Shown one piece after another: positions 10,974-22,200 of a stretch of DNA of 64,000 nt. A program made the position numbers and the translations under genes. The notes beneath the pieces are model-generated. The model was not told the origin of the DNA and made no database searches. It was given only the letters and a program-made list of their open reading frames with translations. Each line of letters opens with the position of its first letter. The stretch's first letter is position 1. Origin of the DNA: Nitrospina sp. (GTDB lineage: Bacteria; Nitrospinota; Nitrospinia; Nitrospinales; VA-1); NCBI GenBank assembly GCA_018653085.1, contig JABIAY010000053.1, positions 64,561 through 128,560 on the forward strand, read 5' to 3'.

Positions 10974-11522
10974 ATGTTTATGCGGTTAACAATTTCTCGA
11001 AAGCTCAGGATTATCGGGTTGTTGCTTGTTTTTGGTTTTTTCATTTGTGGACCTTTAGCGGTTTCTTCTTTTGCTGCGGATGGCCAGATAGGGTTTGTAA
11101 ATATTCAAAAAGCGGTGTCCAGTACTAAGGAGTGGAAATCCAGTTTCAATAAATTCAAATTGGATTTCACAAAAGAGAAGAAAAAAATCACGGCCCGGGA
11201 AAAGAAAATCCAGAAAATGCTGGGGGAATTGAACAAACAAAGTTTTGTTTTGGATCCGGAACTGAAAAAGAAAAAGGAAGAGAAGCTAAGAAAAGAAAAA
11301 GTCGCTTTTGAAAGATATGTCCAGGACCAGAATGCGGAGTTCGGAAAAAAAGAAAAGGAAATGACCCAAAAAATCCTTCGTAAAATGATGGAAATCATAA
11401 AAAAGATCGGCAAAGAAAAGGGCTATACAATGATTCTGGAGCAGAAGGCTGTTTTCTATCATGACAAGGGTAACGATTTGACGAAAACCGCAACCCGTAC
11501 CTATGATCGGGTCAATAAATAG
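10974..11522 (+). CDS. skp: Periplasmic chaperone Skp/OmpH
   Basis: 182 aa. Signal peptide, then a Lys/Glu-rich coiled-coil body, sitting immediately downstream of bamA. Confidence 0.8.
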   Translation: MFMRLTISRKLRIIGLLLVFGFFICGPLAVSSFAADGQIGFVNIQKAVSSTKEWKSSFNKFKLDFTKEKKKITAREKKIQKMLGELNKQSFVLDPELKKKKEEKLRKEKVAFERYVQDQNAEFGKKEKEMTQKILRKMMEIIKKIGKEKGYTMILEQKAVFYHDKGNDLTKTATRTYDRVNK

Positions 11523-11682
11523 TTCCTGTAAAACTACGGTTAGTAAAACCTGCTTGATCCCGCAATGAACGACCCTGCCGCAAGCGGACCGGGTATCCGA
11601 CAAAAATTTTTACTTGAAAGATGTGGTAGCCACGGGGGATAAAACCCGCACAGGCTTGCAACTGCAAGAACGAATTTCTTCT

Positions 11683-12114
11683 ATGATGGATATTAACGAA
11701 ATTAAAAAGACCATCCCCCACAGATATCCTTTTCTGCTGGTAGATAAGGTTATTGAATGCGATATGGACTCCCGGATAGTTGGCATCAAAAATGTGACTG
11801 TCAATGAGCCTTTTTTTCAAGGACATTTTCCGGAGTTTCCTGTTATGCCGGGCGTTCTCATTATCGAAGCCCTGGCACAGGTCGCCTGTATTTTAGGTGT
11901 CAAAATACTGGGTAAGGAGGGTGAGCCTTCCGTGTTCTTTACAGGTATCGATAAGGCCAAGTTCAGGAGGCCGGTTGTGCCGGGAGATCAACTGCGGCTT
12001 GAGTTGACTAAGATCAAGCAAAGGGGAACTCTTTTCCGGTTTGAGGGTAAAGCGTTTGTGGGGGATGCTTTGGCCGCCGAATGTACCCTTCAGGCAATGC
12101 TCGGTAAAGACTGA
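11683..12114 (+). CDS. fabZ: 3-hydroxyacyl-ACP dehydratase FabZ
   Basis: IPHRYPFLLVDKV and HFPEFPVMPGVLIIEALAQ motifs. ORF track starts at 11614; the in-frame ATG at 11683 (MMDINEIKK) gives the normal FabZ length of about 144 aa. Confidence 0.9.
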   Translation: MMDINEIKKTIPHRYPFLLVDKVIECDMDSRIVGIKNVTVNEPFFQGHFPEFPVMPGVLIIEALAQVACILGVKILGKEGEPSVFFTGIDKAKFRRPVVPGDQLRLELTKIKQRGTLFRFEGKAFVGDALAAECTLQAMLGKD

Positions 12115-12203
12115 TATTGTAAACGGCTGGCATTCACAATTTTTATCTCGCGCATTTTCCAGCCCGTAGCCGGCCAATGAAAATTGGCCTTGTCCTTTAA
12201 GAC

Positions 12204-12974
12204 GTGACTATTCACTCCAGTTCAGTTGTTCATCCAGATGCCGAGTTGGCCCCGGGAGTTAAGGTAGGTCCTTTTACTACCATTGGCCCAGGTGTCCAGA
12301 TCGGTGAGGGAACGATTGTAGGACCCAACGTATTGATCGAAGCGGGTACGGTCATCGGGAAAAATTGTGAAATTTTCCATGGTGCCTCACTGGGGGGAGA
12401 ACCCCAGATTCTTAATTTTAAAAATGTCCCCGCCACAGTAGAAATTGGCGATGGAACTGTGATTCGAGAATATGTCACCATACATCGGTCGGGTAACGAA
12501 AATGGAGTGACCCGTGTTGGCAAGGGTTGCCTGCTCATGGCCTATTCGCATTTAGGCCATGATTGTGAAATTGGCGACCAAGTGGTGATTGTAAATAGTA
12601 CGAGCTTGGCCGGTCATGTTATTGTAGAAGACAGGGTTTTTATTTCGGCTCTTGTTGGCGTCCACCAATTTGTCCGAATAGGTCGGTATGCCATGGTTGC
12701 GGGACTCGCAGGTGTGAATCAGGATGTCCTCCCCTTTTCCACGGTAGAAGGAACCCGAGCCCGACTTCTCAGTGTAAATGCGGTGGGACTCAAGCGGGCA
12801 AATTTCAAACCGAATGTTCGGGCGGCGATAAAAAAAGCCCTGAAATGCATTGCTCAACCGGAACTGAATACCAAGCAGGCTGTAGAAAAGATTGAAGCGG
12901 AAATTGAAATGTTCGATGAAATTCACTACCTTATTGATTTTATAAAAAATTCTTCCAGAGGGGTGACCAAGTAG
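12204..12974 (+). CDS. lpxA: Acyl-ACP--UDP-GlcNAc O-acyltransferase LpxA
   Basis: 256 aa. N-terminal hexapeptide (left-handed beta-helix) repeats plus a helical C-terminal domain, at the position after fabZ. GTG start. Confidence 0.9.
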   Translation: MTIHSSSVVHPDAELAPGVKVGPFTTIGPGVQIGEGTIVGPNVLIEAGTVIGKNCEIFHGASLGGEPQILNFKNVPATVEIGDGTVIREYVTIHRSGNENGVTRVGKGCLLMAYSHLGHDCEIGDQVVIVNSTSLAGHVIVEDRVFISALVGVHQFVRIGRYAMVAGLAGVNQDVLPFSTVEGTRARLLSVNAVGLKRANFKPNVRAAIKKALKCIAQPELNTKQAVEKIEAEIEMFDEIHYLIDFIKNSSRGVTK

Positions 12975-13939
12975 TGGCAAAAGTAAGAGCTGGCGTGGTT
13001 GGAATTGGAAAAATGGGTGAATACCATGTTGGGGTTCTGGCCGAACTGCAGGAGGTGGACCTTGTCGGAGTGGTGGATGTTAGTCCTCAACGCCGAAAAG
13101 CCATCCATGACAAATATAGCATTCCCGGCTACGCAGACTGTAAGGATCTCTTTGGGCAGGTCGATATCGCAGTAGTCGCTGTTCCCACTGCTCTGCACTA
13201 CCCTGTTGCCAGGGAACTGCTTAATAATGGTATCCACGTTCTGCTTGAAAAGCCTTGCGCCAACGACCTCAATCACGCCCGCGAACTTTTCCAGTTGGCT
13301 CAGGACAAGGGCCTGACTCTGCACATCGGCCATGTGGAACGTTTTAATGGGGCGGTGCAGGAACTCCATAAAATAGTCGAGGCTCCGATTTTTGTGGAGT
13401 GCAAACGCATGGGGCCTTTCACAGAAAGGATCAAGGATGATGGCGTGGTGATGGATATCATGATCCATGACATAGACATTGTTCTTAACCTGATCAAATC
13501 CAAGGTGGTCAAAACGCATGTTCTTGGAGCTTCGGTTTTTTCCGAAAGAGATGACCTTGTGAATACTCAGCTTGAGTTTGAAAATGGATGCATTGCAAGT
13601 ATTGTTGCCAGTCGGGTTTCGCAGAATAAAGAGCGAACCTTATCGGTAACGCAGAAAGATTCTTTTGTGGTTTTGGATTACACCGATCAGGAAATTTATG
13701 TTCACCGCAAATCATCTTCGGAACATCAAATGAGCAAAGGCTCACTGCGGTATAAACAGGAGTCGCTGGTCGAACGTATTTTTGTCCACAAAGATAATCC
13801 TCTCAAGCTGGAACTCCAGCATTTCGTGGACTGCGTTAAAAATGGAAGCCCTCGAAATGTAGCGGTGGATAATGAACTCTATTCGCTGGAAATCGCCTTG
13901 GATATTCTTGGCAAGTTTAATCAAAAAGGGAAAAAATAA
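12974..13939 (+). CDS. Gfo/Idh/MocA-family NAD(P)-dependent oxidoreductase embedded in the lpx cluster (GnnA-like candidate)
   Basis: 321 aa. Rossmann motif AGVVGIGKMGEYH and EKP motif (VLLEKPCA). The GTG start overlaps the lpxA stop codon. Confidence 0.75.
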   Translation: MAKVRAGVVGIGKMGEYHVGVLAELQEVDLVGVVDVSPQRRKAIHDKYSIPGYADCKDLFGQVDIAVVAVPTALHYPVARELLNNGIHVLLEKPCANDLNHARELFQLAQDKGLTLHIGHVERFNGAVQELHKIVEAPIFVECKRMGPFTERIKDDGVVMDIMIHDIDIVLNLIKSKVVKTHVLGASVFSERDDLVNTQLEFENGCIASIVASRVSQNKERTLSVTQKDSFVVLDYTDQEIYVHRKSSSEHQMSKGSLRYKQESLVERIFVHKDNPLKLELQHFVDCVKNGSPRNVAVDNELYSLEIALDILGKFNQKGKK

Positions 13940-14024
13940 GACCGAACCCGCATTGCTCATCGGGTTTCTGCAATTGTTTAGCAAAACCGACACGCCTTCT
14001 GTAATCTTCTATTAGCCCATCATC

Positions 14025-14825
14025 ATGCATACCACCAGGATAGGCCTCATTGCCGGAGCGGGAGAAGTTCCTGTATATTTTGCGCGAAAAGCCAGCCAGC
14101 TTGGGATAAAACTTGTCAGCATTGGTTTCTCAAAGGAAATCCAAAATAGTCTGGCACCGTTTTCGGAAGAGTGCTACTCAATTGGAGTCGGCCAGCCGGG
14201 TAAAATCTTCAAGACGCTACACCAGAACAGTGTGAAGGACTTATTGATTCTGGGCAAGGTTGATAAAAGCATCATTTTTAAACTGCAGAAGTTCGATTTT
14301 AAAGCCCTCCAGTTTTTCAAAAACATCGCCACGCACGAAGACAAGGTTTTACTGCTGGGAGTGATTGCTGAGCTCGAAAAAGAAGGTTTCAAAGTTTTAA
14401 GCCAAAAGGAATTTCTGTCGGATATTTTTCCTCAAAAAGGAAACCTAACCCGCCGGGAACCCACAAAACAGGAGCTGGAAGATATTGAATTTGGACTGCC
14501 CATTGCCCGCAAACTGGCGGACATGGAAATTGGCCAGACGCTGGTAGTAAAAAACAAAACAGTGGTAGCCGTTGAAGCTTTGGAGGGAACGGACCGGGCG
14601 ATTCAAAGGGGATGTGATTTGGCCCAGGGAAAGTGTGTGGTGATCAAAGTCAGCAGGACCAATCAGGATTACCGCTACGATAGCCCGGGAATTGGACCGC
14701 AAACGATCAGTATGCTGGCACAGGGCGGAGTTCTGGCATTGGAGGCAGAGAGGGTCATGGTGGTGGAACAGGAAAAAGTTCTCGACCTGGCCAATGATGC
14801 CAAAATTGCTGTGATCTGTGTCTAG
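14025..14825 (+). CDS. lpxI: UDP-2,3-diacylglucosamine pyrophosphatase LpxI (DUF1009 family)
   Basis: 266 aa with LIAGAGEVP and EALEGTDRAIQRG motifs. Sits between lpxA and lpxB, the usual LpxI context. Confidence 0.8.
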   Translation: MHTTRIGLIAGAGEVPVYFARKASQLGIKLVSIGFSKEIQNSLAPFSEECYSIGVGQPGKIFKTLHQNSVKDLLILGKVDKSIIFKLQKFDFKALQFFKNIATHEDKVLLLGVIAELEKEGFKVLSQKEFLSDIFPQKGNLTRREPTKQELEDIEFGLPIARKLADMEIGQTLVVKNKTVVAVEALEGTDRAIQRGCDLAQGKCVVIKVSRTNQDYRYDSPGIGPQTISMLAQGGVLALEAERVMVVEQEKVLDLANDAKIAVICV

Positions 14826-15057
14826 CCACTAGGCGTGGGGCCAGTGTGCAATAACTATTGCTGGCGAGCAACAGGTCAACTCGGTTTAAAAAGTAATTGC
14901 CATGTTCCCTCCCACGGGAGTGGGCTAGGCGTGGGGCCAGCACTGCATTGCCCGAGGAGCAGAGTAGCCCTCAAGCGCAATACTAATAATTTCTCCCCTT
15001 AAGAAGGAGAAGCTTCAACGGACCCCTCTTTTACAAAGAGGGGCTGGGGTGATTTAC
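14822..15057. repeat. Intergenic repeat mosaic R1 (head + A unit, head + B unit, inverted family-3 hairpin)
   Basis: CTAGCCACTAGGCGTGGGGCCAG-TGTGCAATAACTATTGCTGGCGAGCAAC..CTCGG at 14822-14891. CTAGGCGTGGGGCCAGCACTGCATTGCCCG..TCAAGCGCAATACT at 14925-14990. CCCCTCTTTTACAAAGAGGGGCTGGGGTGATTTAC at 15023-15057. All modules recur elsewhere in the window. Confidence 0.9.
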
Positions 15058-15114
15058 AACCTCTCGTGCAATATACGGGCGAGCCGTTCTGGCAATGAAC
15101 AGGGCTTACTGTAA

Positions 15115-16287
15115 ATGAAAGATAAACATCCGCATTTTTTAATTATAGCTGGCGAGGCATCGGGAGATTTGCATGGCTCGAATCTGGTCTCGGCTTTAAA
15201 GGTTCTTTTGCCTCATGCCCGTTTTTCCGGAATGGGTGGGTCGCGAATGCGGGAAGCAGGCGTGGATACGCTCTTTGGCATCGAACGCATGGGCACGGTT
15301 GGGATCGTTGAGGTTCTGGGAGAATTCGGTCATTACTACGGGGTCTATCGCGCATTGATGAAAGAAATCGCCTCGTGCCGTTATGATGCGGTGATTCTCA
15401 TCGACTATCCCACATTAAATCTTAGACTGGCAAAACAGGCGCGGCGTTTTGATTGCCCGGTATTTTATTTCATCAGCCCACAGATTTGGGCATGGAGGAA
15501 GGGAAGAATCCGGGATATCCGGGACTCGGTGCGAAAGATGTTTGTCATTCTCCCGTTTGAGGAAAAGCTGTATTTGGATGCCGGAGTGGATGCAGAATTT
15601 TTGGGACATCCGTTTATAGACATGGTCCATCCAAGCAGGTCTCGTGAAGCAAGTCGGGAAAAATATTCCCTGAATACAGAAGTCAAGACCGTTGGGCTTT
15701 TGCCGGGAAGCAGGATGAACGAGATCGACTCCCTTTTAGATGTGATGATTCAGGCCGCGGAAAAAATACGCAACGAACTGGGTTCCTGTCAGTTTCTTCT
15801 TCCTATTGCGGACTCTATCGACCCCGATCTAATCCGGCAACGGTTGGGAGCTAACCCGCTGGGCATCCAATTGATACAGGGGGAAACTTATGATGTGATG
15901 AATAGTTGTGACACGTTGATCATTGCATCCGGTTCTGCCACTCTGGAGGCAGGTATCCTGGGGTGTCCCATGGTTATCGTCTACAAATTGAATCCTTTGA
16001 CTCACTGGCTGGCGGACCGGTTGGTAAAAATTCCACTTTTCGGACTGGTGAACATTGTCGCGGGGGAAGAAGTGGTGCCTGAGTTAATACAGCATAAAAT
16101 GACAGCAGAAAATATCTCCTCCGAGGTGCTTGCCGTATTGCGTGCTCCAGAAAAGGAACAAGCTGTTCGTGAGCGTCTCCTTAAAATCAGAAAATATCTG
16201 GGAGAACCCGGAGTCATGAAGGCTGTCGCCAAACGTATTACCGATTCCATGGTTGAATTGAGTGCTAATGAAAAAACTTCTGTTTAA
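15115..16287 (+). CDS. lpxB: Lipid-A-disaccharide synthase LpxB
   Basis: 390 aa. N-terminal IIAGEASGDLHG motif and GT-B fold length, in lpx context. Confidence 0.9.
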   Translation: MKDKHPHFLIIAGEASGDLHGSNLVSALKVLLPHARFSGMGGSRMREAGVDTLFGIERMGTVGIVEVLGEFGHYYGVYRALMKEIASCRYDAVILIDYPTLNLRLAKQARRFDCPVFYFISPQIWAWRKGRIRDIRDSVRKMFVILPFEEKLYLDAGVDAEFLGHPFIDMVHPSRSREASREKYSLNTEVKTVGLLPGSRMNEIDSLLDVMIQAAEKIRNELGSCQFLLPIADSIDPDLIRQRLGANPLGIQLIQGETYDVMNSCDTLIIASGSATLEAGILGCPMVIVYKLNPLTHWLADRLVKIPLFGLVNIVAGEEVVPELIQHKMTAENISSEVLAVLRAPEKEQAVRERLLKIRKYLGEPGVMKAVAKRITDSMVELSANEKTSV

Positions 16288-16912
16288 TTACGTAATCCCA
16301 TACCTTCTTTTTGCAGTGGTTTATCTCTGGTGCCTGACCCTGCGCTCAAAAAACCTGAATGAAGAAGAAGAGAATCATTTTAAGAATCTTACCGGACCCT
16401 ATATTCTCACTTTGTGGCATGGAAGAATCTTTTACCTGTTTTATTATCTTCGCCGACATCCGGAGTACTTCCTGCTGATCAGCCCGAGTGCAGACGGTGA
16501 TCTTCTGGCCCGGCTTGCACGGTTGATGGGTTATTCCGTGATACGTGGGTCCACTTATAAAAAAGCTGTTTCCGCAGCCCGGTCCCTGATTAAAGTTTTG
16601 CGCAAGAATCAGAAAATCATTATCATTGCCGATGGTTCCCGCGGACCGAGATGTGTGGCTCAGCCGGGGTCCGTACAACTGGCAGGGATAACCGGAGCGC
16701 CCATTTTTCCTATGACCTTCGGAGCCCAAAATAAAGTGGTCTTAAACAGCTGGGACCGATTTGTCCTCCCCCTGCCTTTTACCCGTTGCACTCTCAACTT
16801 TTCGTCACCCATATCTCTCCCGCCAAAATCGTCTGAACAAACCATAGAGGAAAAGCGACTGGAGCTGGAAACTGCCCTCAATCAAATAAACAAAGCGAGT
16901 GATGAAGGCTAA
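16262..16912 (+). CDS. DUF374-family protein (lysophospholipid acyltransferase-like), lipid A cluster associated
   Basis: 216 aa. N-terminal TM segment and the conserved WHGR / ADG.RGP pattern (LTLWHGRIF, IIADGSRGPR). Overlaps the lpxB end; ATG 16268 is an alternative start. Confidence 0.65.
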   Translation: MLMKKLLFNYVIPYLLFAVVYLWCLTLRSKNLNEEEENHFKNLTGPYILTLWHGRIFYLFYYLRRHPEYFLLISPSADGDLLARLARLMGYSVIRGSTYKKAVSAARSLIKVLRKNQKIIIIADGSRGPRCVAQPGSVQLAGITGAPIFPMTFGAQNKVVLNSWDRFVLPLPFTRCTLNFSSPISLPPKSSEQTIEEKRLELETALNQINKASDEG

Positions 16913-17079
16913 AAAACGCTTTAAAATTAAACATTTCCAGCCCCTAAATGCCTTAAATATGGGCATGTAAGCCTGTTTGAATTTGCCTATAGGGTGTGGT
17001 ATAGTTCGCCGGTATCGTAAACCCCTTTAATTTTATAGATTTTTAGAAGAATCTGCCAACGCGGTTCAGGAATCCGTAT

Positions 17080-17094
17080 TGGCACGAATATTGA
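17080..17094 (+). promoter_or_regulatory. Candidate sigma-54 (-24/-12) promoter upstream of glnB-glnA
   Basis: TGGCACGAATATTGA has the -24 TGGCAC and correct 5-nt spacing, but the -12 element is TTGA instead of TTGC. It lies about 130 nt upstream of the glnB ATG. The same TGGCAY-N5-TTGA form occurs before glnK-amt and nirB. Confidence 0.4.
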
Positions 17095-17214
17095 ACTATA
17101 TTGGGAGTAACCGGTAGAGGGGGGCGTGAAAAAAGATCATCTATGGCTTGGAAAGATTTTCTGCCATGAAGACGATCGTCCGCCACGCAGGCTCTTTTTG
17201 AACATACTGGCTAG

Positions 17215-17565
<351 letters not shown>

Positions 17566-17741
17566 CCCAGGGGTTCTGCGCAACAAGCTGTTCCTGGCTA
17601 AAAGAATGATCGCAAATTTCTCAATCCGGCAACTGCCGGATTTCATGTGTGAAACTGGAGCTGTAATGACGGTGCCGGTTTTTTTTATGTCTTTATTTTA
17701 TAATTTCAATCTTTAACTATTTTTTGCAGGAGATACTTTAG

Positions 17742-19154
17742 ATGACCCCCAAAGAGGCAGTAGATTTCGCAAAAAAGAACAATGCTCGAGTTGTAGATGT
17801 GAAGTTCATGGATCTACTTGGATCCTGGCAGCATTTTTCTGTGCCTATGAGTGAACTGGAAGAGCACTTGTTTTCAGAAGGTCTGGGTTTCGATGGCTCC
17901 AGTATTCGTGGATGGCAAGCGATTAACGCCAGTGACATGATAGTTATTCCCGATCCGACCACCACGGTTATGGACCCGTTCACGAAAATCGCAACGGTTA
18001 GCATGATTGGTAATATTGTCGACCCGATCACCAAGGAAAAATACAGCCGAGACCCCCGCAACATCGCCCAGAAAGCGGAAGCCTATCTCAAGTCCACCGG
18101 GATCGGGGACACTGCCTATTTTGGACCGGAAGCGGAATTTTTTATTTTTGACAATATTCAATATGATTCCACTGTGAATGAATCGTTCTACTCGATCGAT
18201 TCTGTGGAAGGAACCTGGAACACCGGCCGGGATGAAGGCCCAAACCTGGGTCATAAGCCGAGACACAAAGAAGGCTATTTCCCTGTGGCTCCCAACGACA
18301 CATTTCAGGATATCCGCTCTGAAATGATGTTGACCATGGAGCAGGTTGGTATCAGTATGGAGTGTCACCATCATGAAGTCGCGACCGGCGGACAGAACGA
18401 ACTCGCTATGCGTTTTTCTTCTTTGGTAAAATGTGCTGACAGCCTGATGTGGTACAAATATATCGTGAAAAATGTAGCTAAAGCGCATGGCAAAACCGCA
18501 ACGTTCATGCCCAAACCCATGTTTGGCGATAACGGAACCGGGATGCATGTTCACCAGAGCATCTGGAAAGAAGGCAAACCTCTTTTTGCTGGTAACAGCT
18601 ATGCGGGTTTCAGCGAAATGGGTATGCACTATATCGGCGGTATTTTGAAGCATGCCCGGACAATTTGCGCATTCGCTGCACCGACCACCAACTCTTACAA
18701 GCGGTTGGTACCCGGTTTCGAAGCCCCTGTCAACCTGGCCTATTCCAGCCGTAACCGAAGTGCCGCCATCCGAATTCCCATGTATTCGCCCAGCCCTAAA
18801 GCGAAGCGATTGGAAATCCGTTTTCCCGACCCCTCCTGTAATGGCTATCTGACTTTTTCAGCCATGCTCATGGCCGGTCTGGATGGCATTGAAAATAAAA
18901 TTGATCCAGGTGAGCCGCTGGATAAAAACATTTATTCGCTTGGACCGGAAGAGCTGGCAAATATTCCCACCCTGCCTCACTCTTTGGATCAGTCCCTTCA
19001 GGCTCTGGAGGAAGATCATGAATTTCTCCTTAAAGGAGATGTCTTCACCCAGGATCTGATTGAAACCTGGATCGAATATAAGCGTGAAAATGAAATAGAT
19101 CCTTTGCGTCTCAGGCCGCACCCTCTGGAATTCGAAATGTATTACGATTGCTGA
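17742..19154 (+). CDS. glnA: Glutamine synthetase type I
   Basis: 470 aa GSI. The adenylylation-loop equivalent [13 protein letters not shown] retains the Tyr. Confidence 0.95.
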   Translation: MTPKEAVDFAKKNNARVVDVKFMDLLGSWQHFSVPMSELEEHLFSEGLGFDGSSIRGWQAINASDMIVIPDPTTTVMDPFTKIATVSMIGNIVDPITKEKYSRDPRNIAQKAEAYLKSTGIGDTAYFGPEAEFFIFDNIQYDSTVNESFYSIDSVEGTWNTGRDEGPNLGHKPRHKEGYFPVAPNDTFQDIRSEMMLTMEQVGISMECHHHEVATGGQNELAMRFSSLVKCADSLMWYKYIVKNVAKAHGKTATFMPKPMFGDNGTGMHVHQSIWKEGKPLFAGNSYAGFSEMGMHYIGGILKHARTICAFAAPTTNSYKRLVPGFEAPVNLAYSSRNRSAAIRIPMYSPSPKAKRLEIRFPDPSCNGYLTFSAMLMAGLDGIENKIDPGEPLDKNIYSLGPEELANIPTLPHSLDQSLQALEEDHEFLLKGDVFTQDLIETWIEYKRENEIDPLRLRPHPLEFEMYYDC

Positions 19155-19176
19155 TTCCAGAAAGATACTTGAATTT

Positions 19177-19212
19177 AAAAACCTCCTGGGTTTGCCCAGG
19201 GGGTTTTTTTTT
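19177..19212 (+). terminator. Rho-independent terminator after glnA
   Basis: AAAAACCTCCTGGG tttg CCCAGGGGGTTTTT followed by further T residues, to 19212. Confidence 0.8.
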
Positions 19213-19284
19213 GTGCTAAATTAGACAGGCCGCTAGGCGTGGGGCCAAAGCGCACAAGGATTGAGTCCACAAAAGACATTTTTT

Positions 19285-22200
19285 ATGACCCTCAACAAAG
19301 AATTGATCCGTCGAATTCATCAGTGCCAACCCTGGGACGAAACGCTCCCCTTTCCGGATCTTGGCTTTCGTGATCCTGAAACCGCTTGGAAAGACCTTGT
19401 TGCCTTGGCGGGTCACGCCCAGTTTGAAAAACTATATCCCGATTTCTTCCAGATCTTACTGGAGCTGATTTCCAGTTCGCACAACGCGGATATGGCGTTG
19501 CATAACTTCGAGCGCTTTTCAGAGAAATTTCAAGACAAGGATCATTTATACACACAGCTGACCAAATCGCCTTCCCTGTTTGTAGCCCTGGTTTTTTTGT
19601 TTTCTGGCAGTCAGGTGCTCACCGATGCCTTGCTCAAAGAACCGTCCCATGTAGATTGGTTGAGCCAAGCTGAGACCCTGGCCAACTCCAAGTCGAAAGA
19701 TATGATGATGCGGGACTTCTATGAAATGGCTGAGTTCCAGGACAAAAATATTTTTTCTGTTTTGCGAAAATTTAAAAAAAGAGAATACATACGAATCGGG
19801 TTGCGAGACCTGTTGGGTAAGGCTGCGTTCCAGGAAACAGTTGAAGATATTTCCGACCTCGCTGATGTTTGTTTGCAAGCCGCCTATGAGCATGCCGATC
19901 AGGAACTACGGAAAAAATATGGCCGCCCTGTTTATCAGGATGCAAGTGGCAACTGGATAGAATCAGAATTTGCCGTCCTGGGTATGGGCAAACTGGGAGG
20001 CCGTGAACTCAATTACAGCTCCGATATCGACCTGATTTATATTTATACTTCCAGCCAGGGGGAAACGCGCGCTCTGAGCGAGGGCGATTCATCCACCACC
20101 GGCATCTCCAATCACGAGTACTTCACCAAACTTGCGTTGGCAATCACCCAATCCCTCAACGAGATAACCTCCGATGGCAATGTGTTTCGGGTGGACCTGG
20201 AACTGAGACCTGAGGGGAATAGTGGTGAGATTGTAAATTCCCTTGCCAGTTGCGAAACTTACTATCAGTCATGGGGAAGAACATGGGAAAGGCAGGCCCT
20301 CATCAAGGCCCGTGTTTCAGCAGGCAGTGAAAACCTGGGCAAAGAATTCTTCGAAATGATCGAACCCTTTATTTACAGGCGAAGCCTGGATTTTAAGGCC
20401 ATCGAAGAAATAAAGGCCATGAAATACCAGATCAATAAAAGTCTCAAGGGAAAACACTCTAAAGGAAATATCAAGCTGGGGTTCGGTGGCATCCGGGAAG
20501 TGGAGTTCACAGTTCAGGCCTATCAATTGCTGTTGGGCGGGAGGGATAAAAGCCTGCGTGTTCGAGATTCCCTGGGGGCTATGAAAACCCTTTGCGAAAA
20601 AAATATCCTGACTGAGGAGGATCATAACCATCTCCGCGAGGCGTACATCTTTCTGCGGAACCTGGAAAATCGTGTGCAGATCACCTTTGGCCTGCAAACC
20701 TACCTCTTGCCGGATAACGAAACCGACCTCGCGGTGCTGGCCCGAAAAATGAGGATAGCAGGCGACAGTCAGAAAAGTTTGGCCGACAATCTGATGCAAG
20801 CCTACGAAAACCACACCCGGTTCGTGGGAACGCTGTTTGCCGAACAATTTGCGGAAAAGGAAAAACGGGAAGCGGCAGAAACCTTTTCCGGGGAACAAGA
20901 CCGTTCTCGAATAGGGGAGGAACAGTTCACTGAAAGCATGCTGGCAAAAATCCCCTTTCTTACCGATCCGAAAAGAACTTACCGGTTCCTGAAATCTTTT
21001 CGTGACGGGACGCAGTTTTCGCACCCTTCCGCACAAAGTATTCAGGAGTTTTATAGCATCATTCCTAAAATATTCCAGCAGTGCCGAAGAGTTCCTAACC
21101 CGGATTCCGCCATCGAGAATCTGTGTCGGTTTGTGGAAGCAACCGGAGCCAGAGAATCTTTTCTCAATCTGTTTCAGAGCAATGAAAAATTTCTTGAGCT
21201 ACTGCTCATACTTTTTGGAAGTAGCGGGCTACTTTCACAAATCCTGGTCAGGCGGCCCGACTTAATAGATGTGCTGACCGACAGGGAGTCCATTTATCGA
21301 TTCAAACTGGCGGAAAAAATACAGGAAGATTTGAACCACGCCTTAAAAACTTCTCCGGATTTTGAATCCAAGTCTCTGGCGCTTCGGCGTGTCAAGCAGG
21401 CCGAGGAACTTCGCATTGGCGTACGCTATTTGATCAGGGAGGCGGACCTTGCAGGAACTTTGGAGGATCTTTCCAATCTCGCAGATGTTTTTCTGGAGAC
21501 TGTTTACCGAATCGCCTGTGAGGAACTTGAAAAAAAATCCGGGCATCCTAACCTTCGGGATTTTTGTGTCATTGGTATGGGCAAGCAGGGCGGGCATGAA
21601 CTGAATTTTGGATCGGATCTTGATGTCCTGCTGGTCTACGATGAAGGGGAAAGCGAGCCTCCTCCCGAAGGCTTTGTCAGTCATTATTCAGCCCTGTCGC
21701 AGATGATCTATAAACTGACTTCGGAAATGACCTCGGCAGGTTTTGCCTATAAAATTGATACCGAGTTAAGACCCGAGGGTGATGCTGGGGTGCTGGTGCT
21801 TTCTGTTCAGGGTTACGAGAAATATTTCCAGTCCCGCGCCAGAATCTGGGAGCGACAGGCTCTGGTGCGAGCACGGTTTGTGGCGGGCAACGCTGAGGTC
21901 GGGAAAAAATTTATCGAAGCCGCGCATCAGTTTGTTTATCAAGAAAAATTTGAATATGAATCTCTCATAGAAATATCGCGCCTGCGGGAAAGAATGGAGC
22001 AGGAACTGGCAAAAGAATCCACTAAGGGCAAGAATGTGAAGCTGGGATTCGGGGGTCTGGCCGATATTGAATTTGCGGTGCAGATTCTCCAGTTGATGCA
22101 CGGCAAAAAGTCTCCGCGCCTGCGGCAGACCAACACGCTTTCAGCCCTGCAAAGTTTTGCGACTCTTGGGTTGGCCGATCAGAGTATGGCGGAAGAACTT

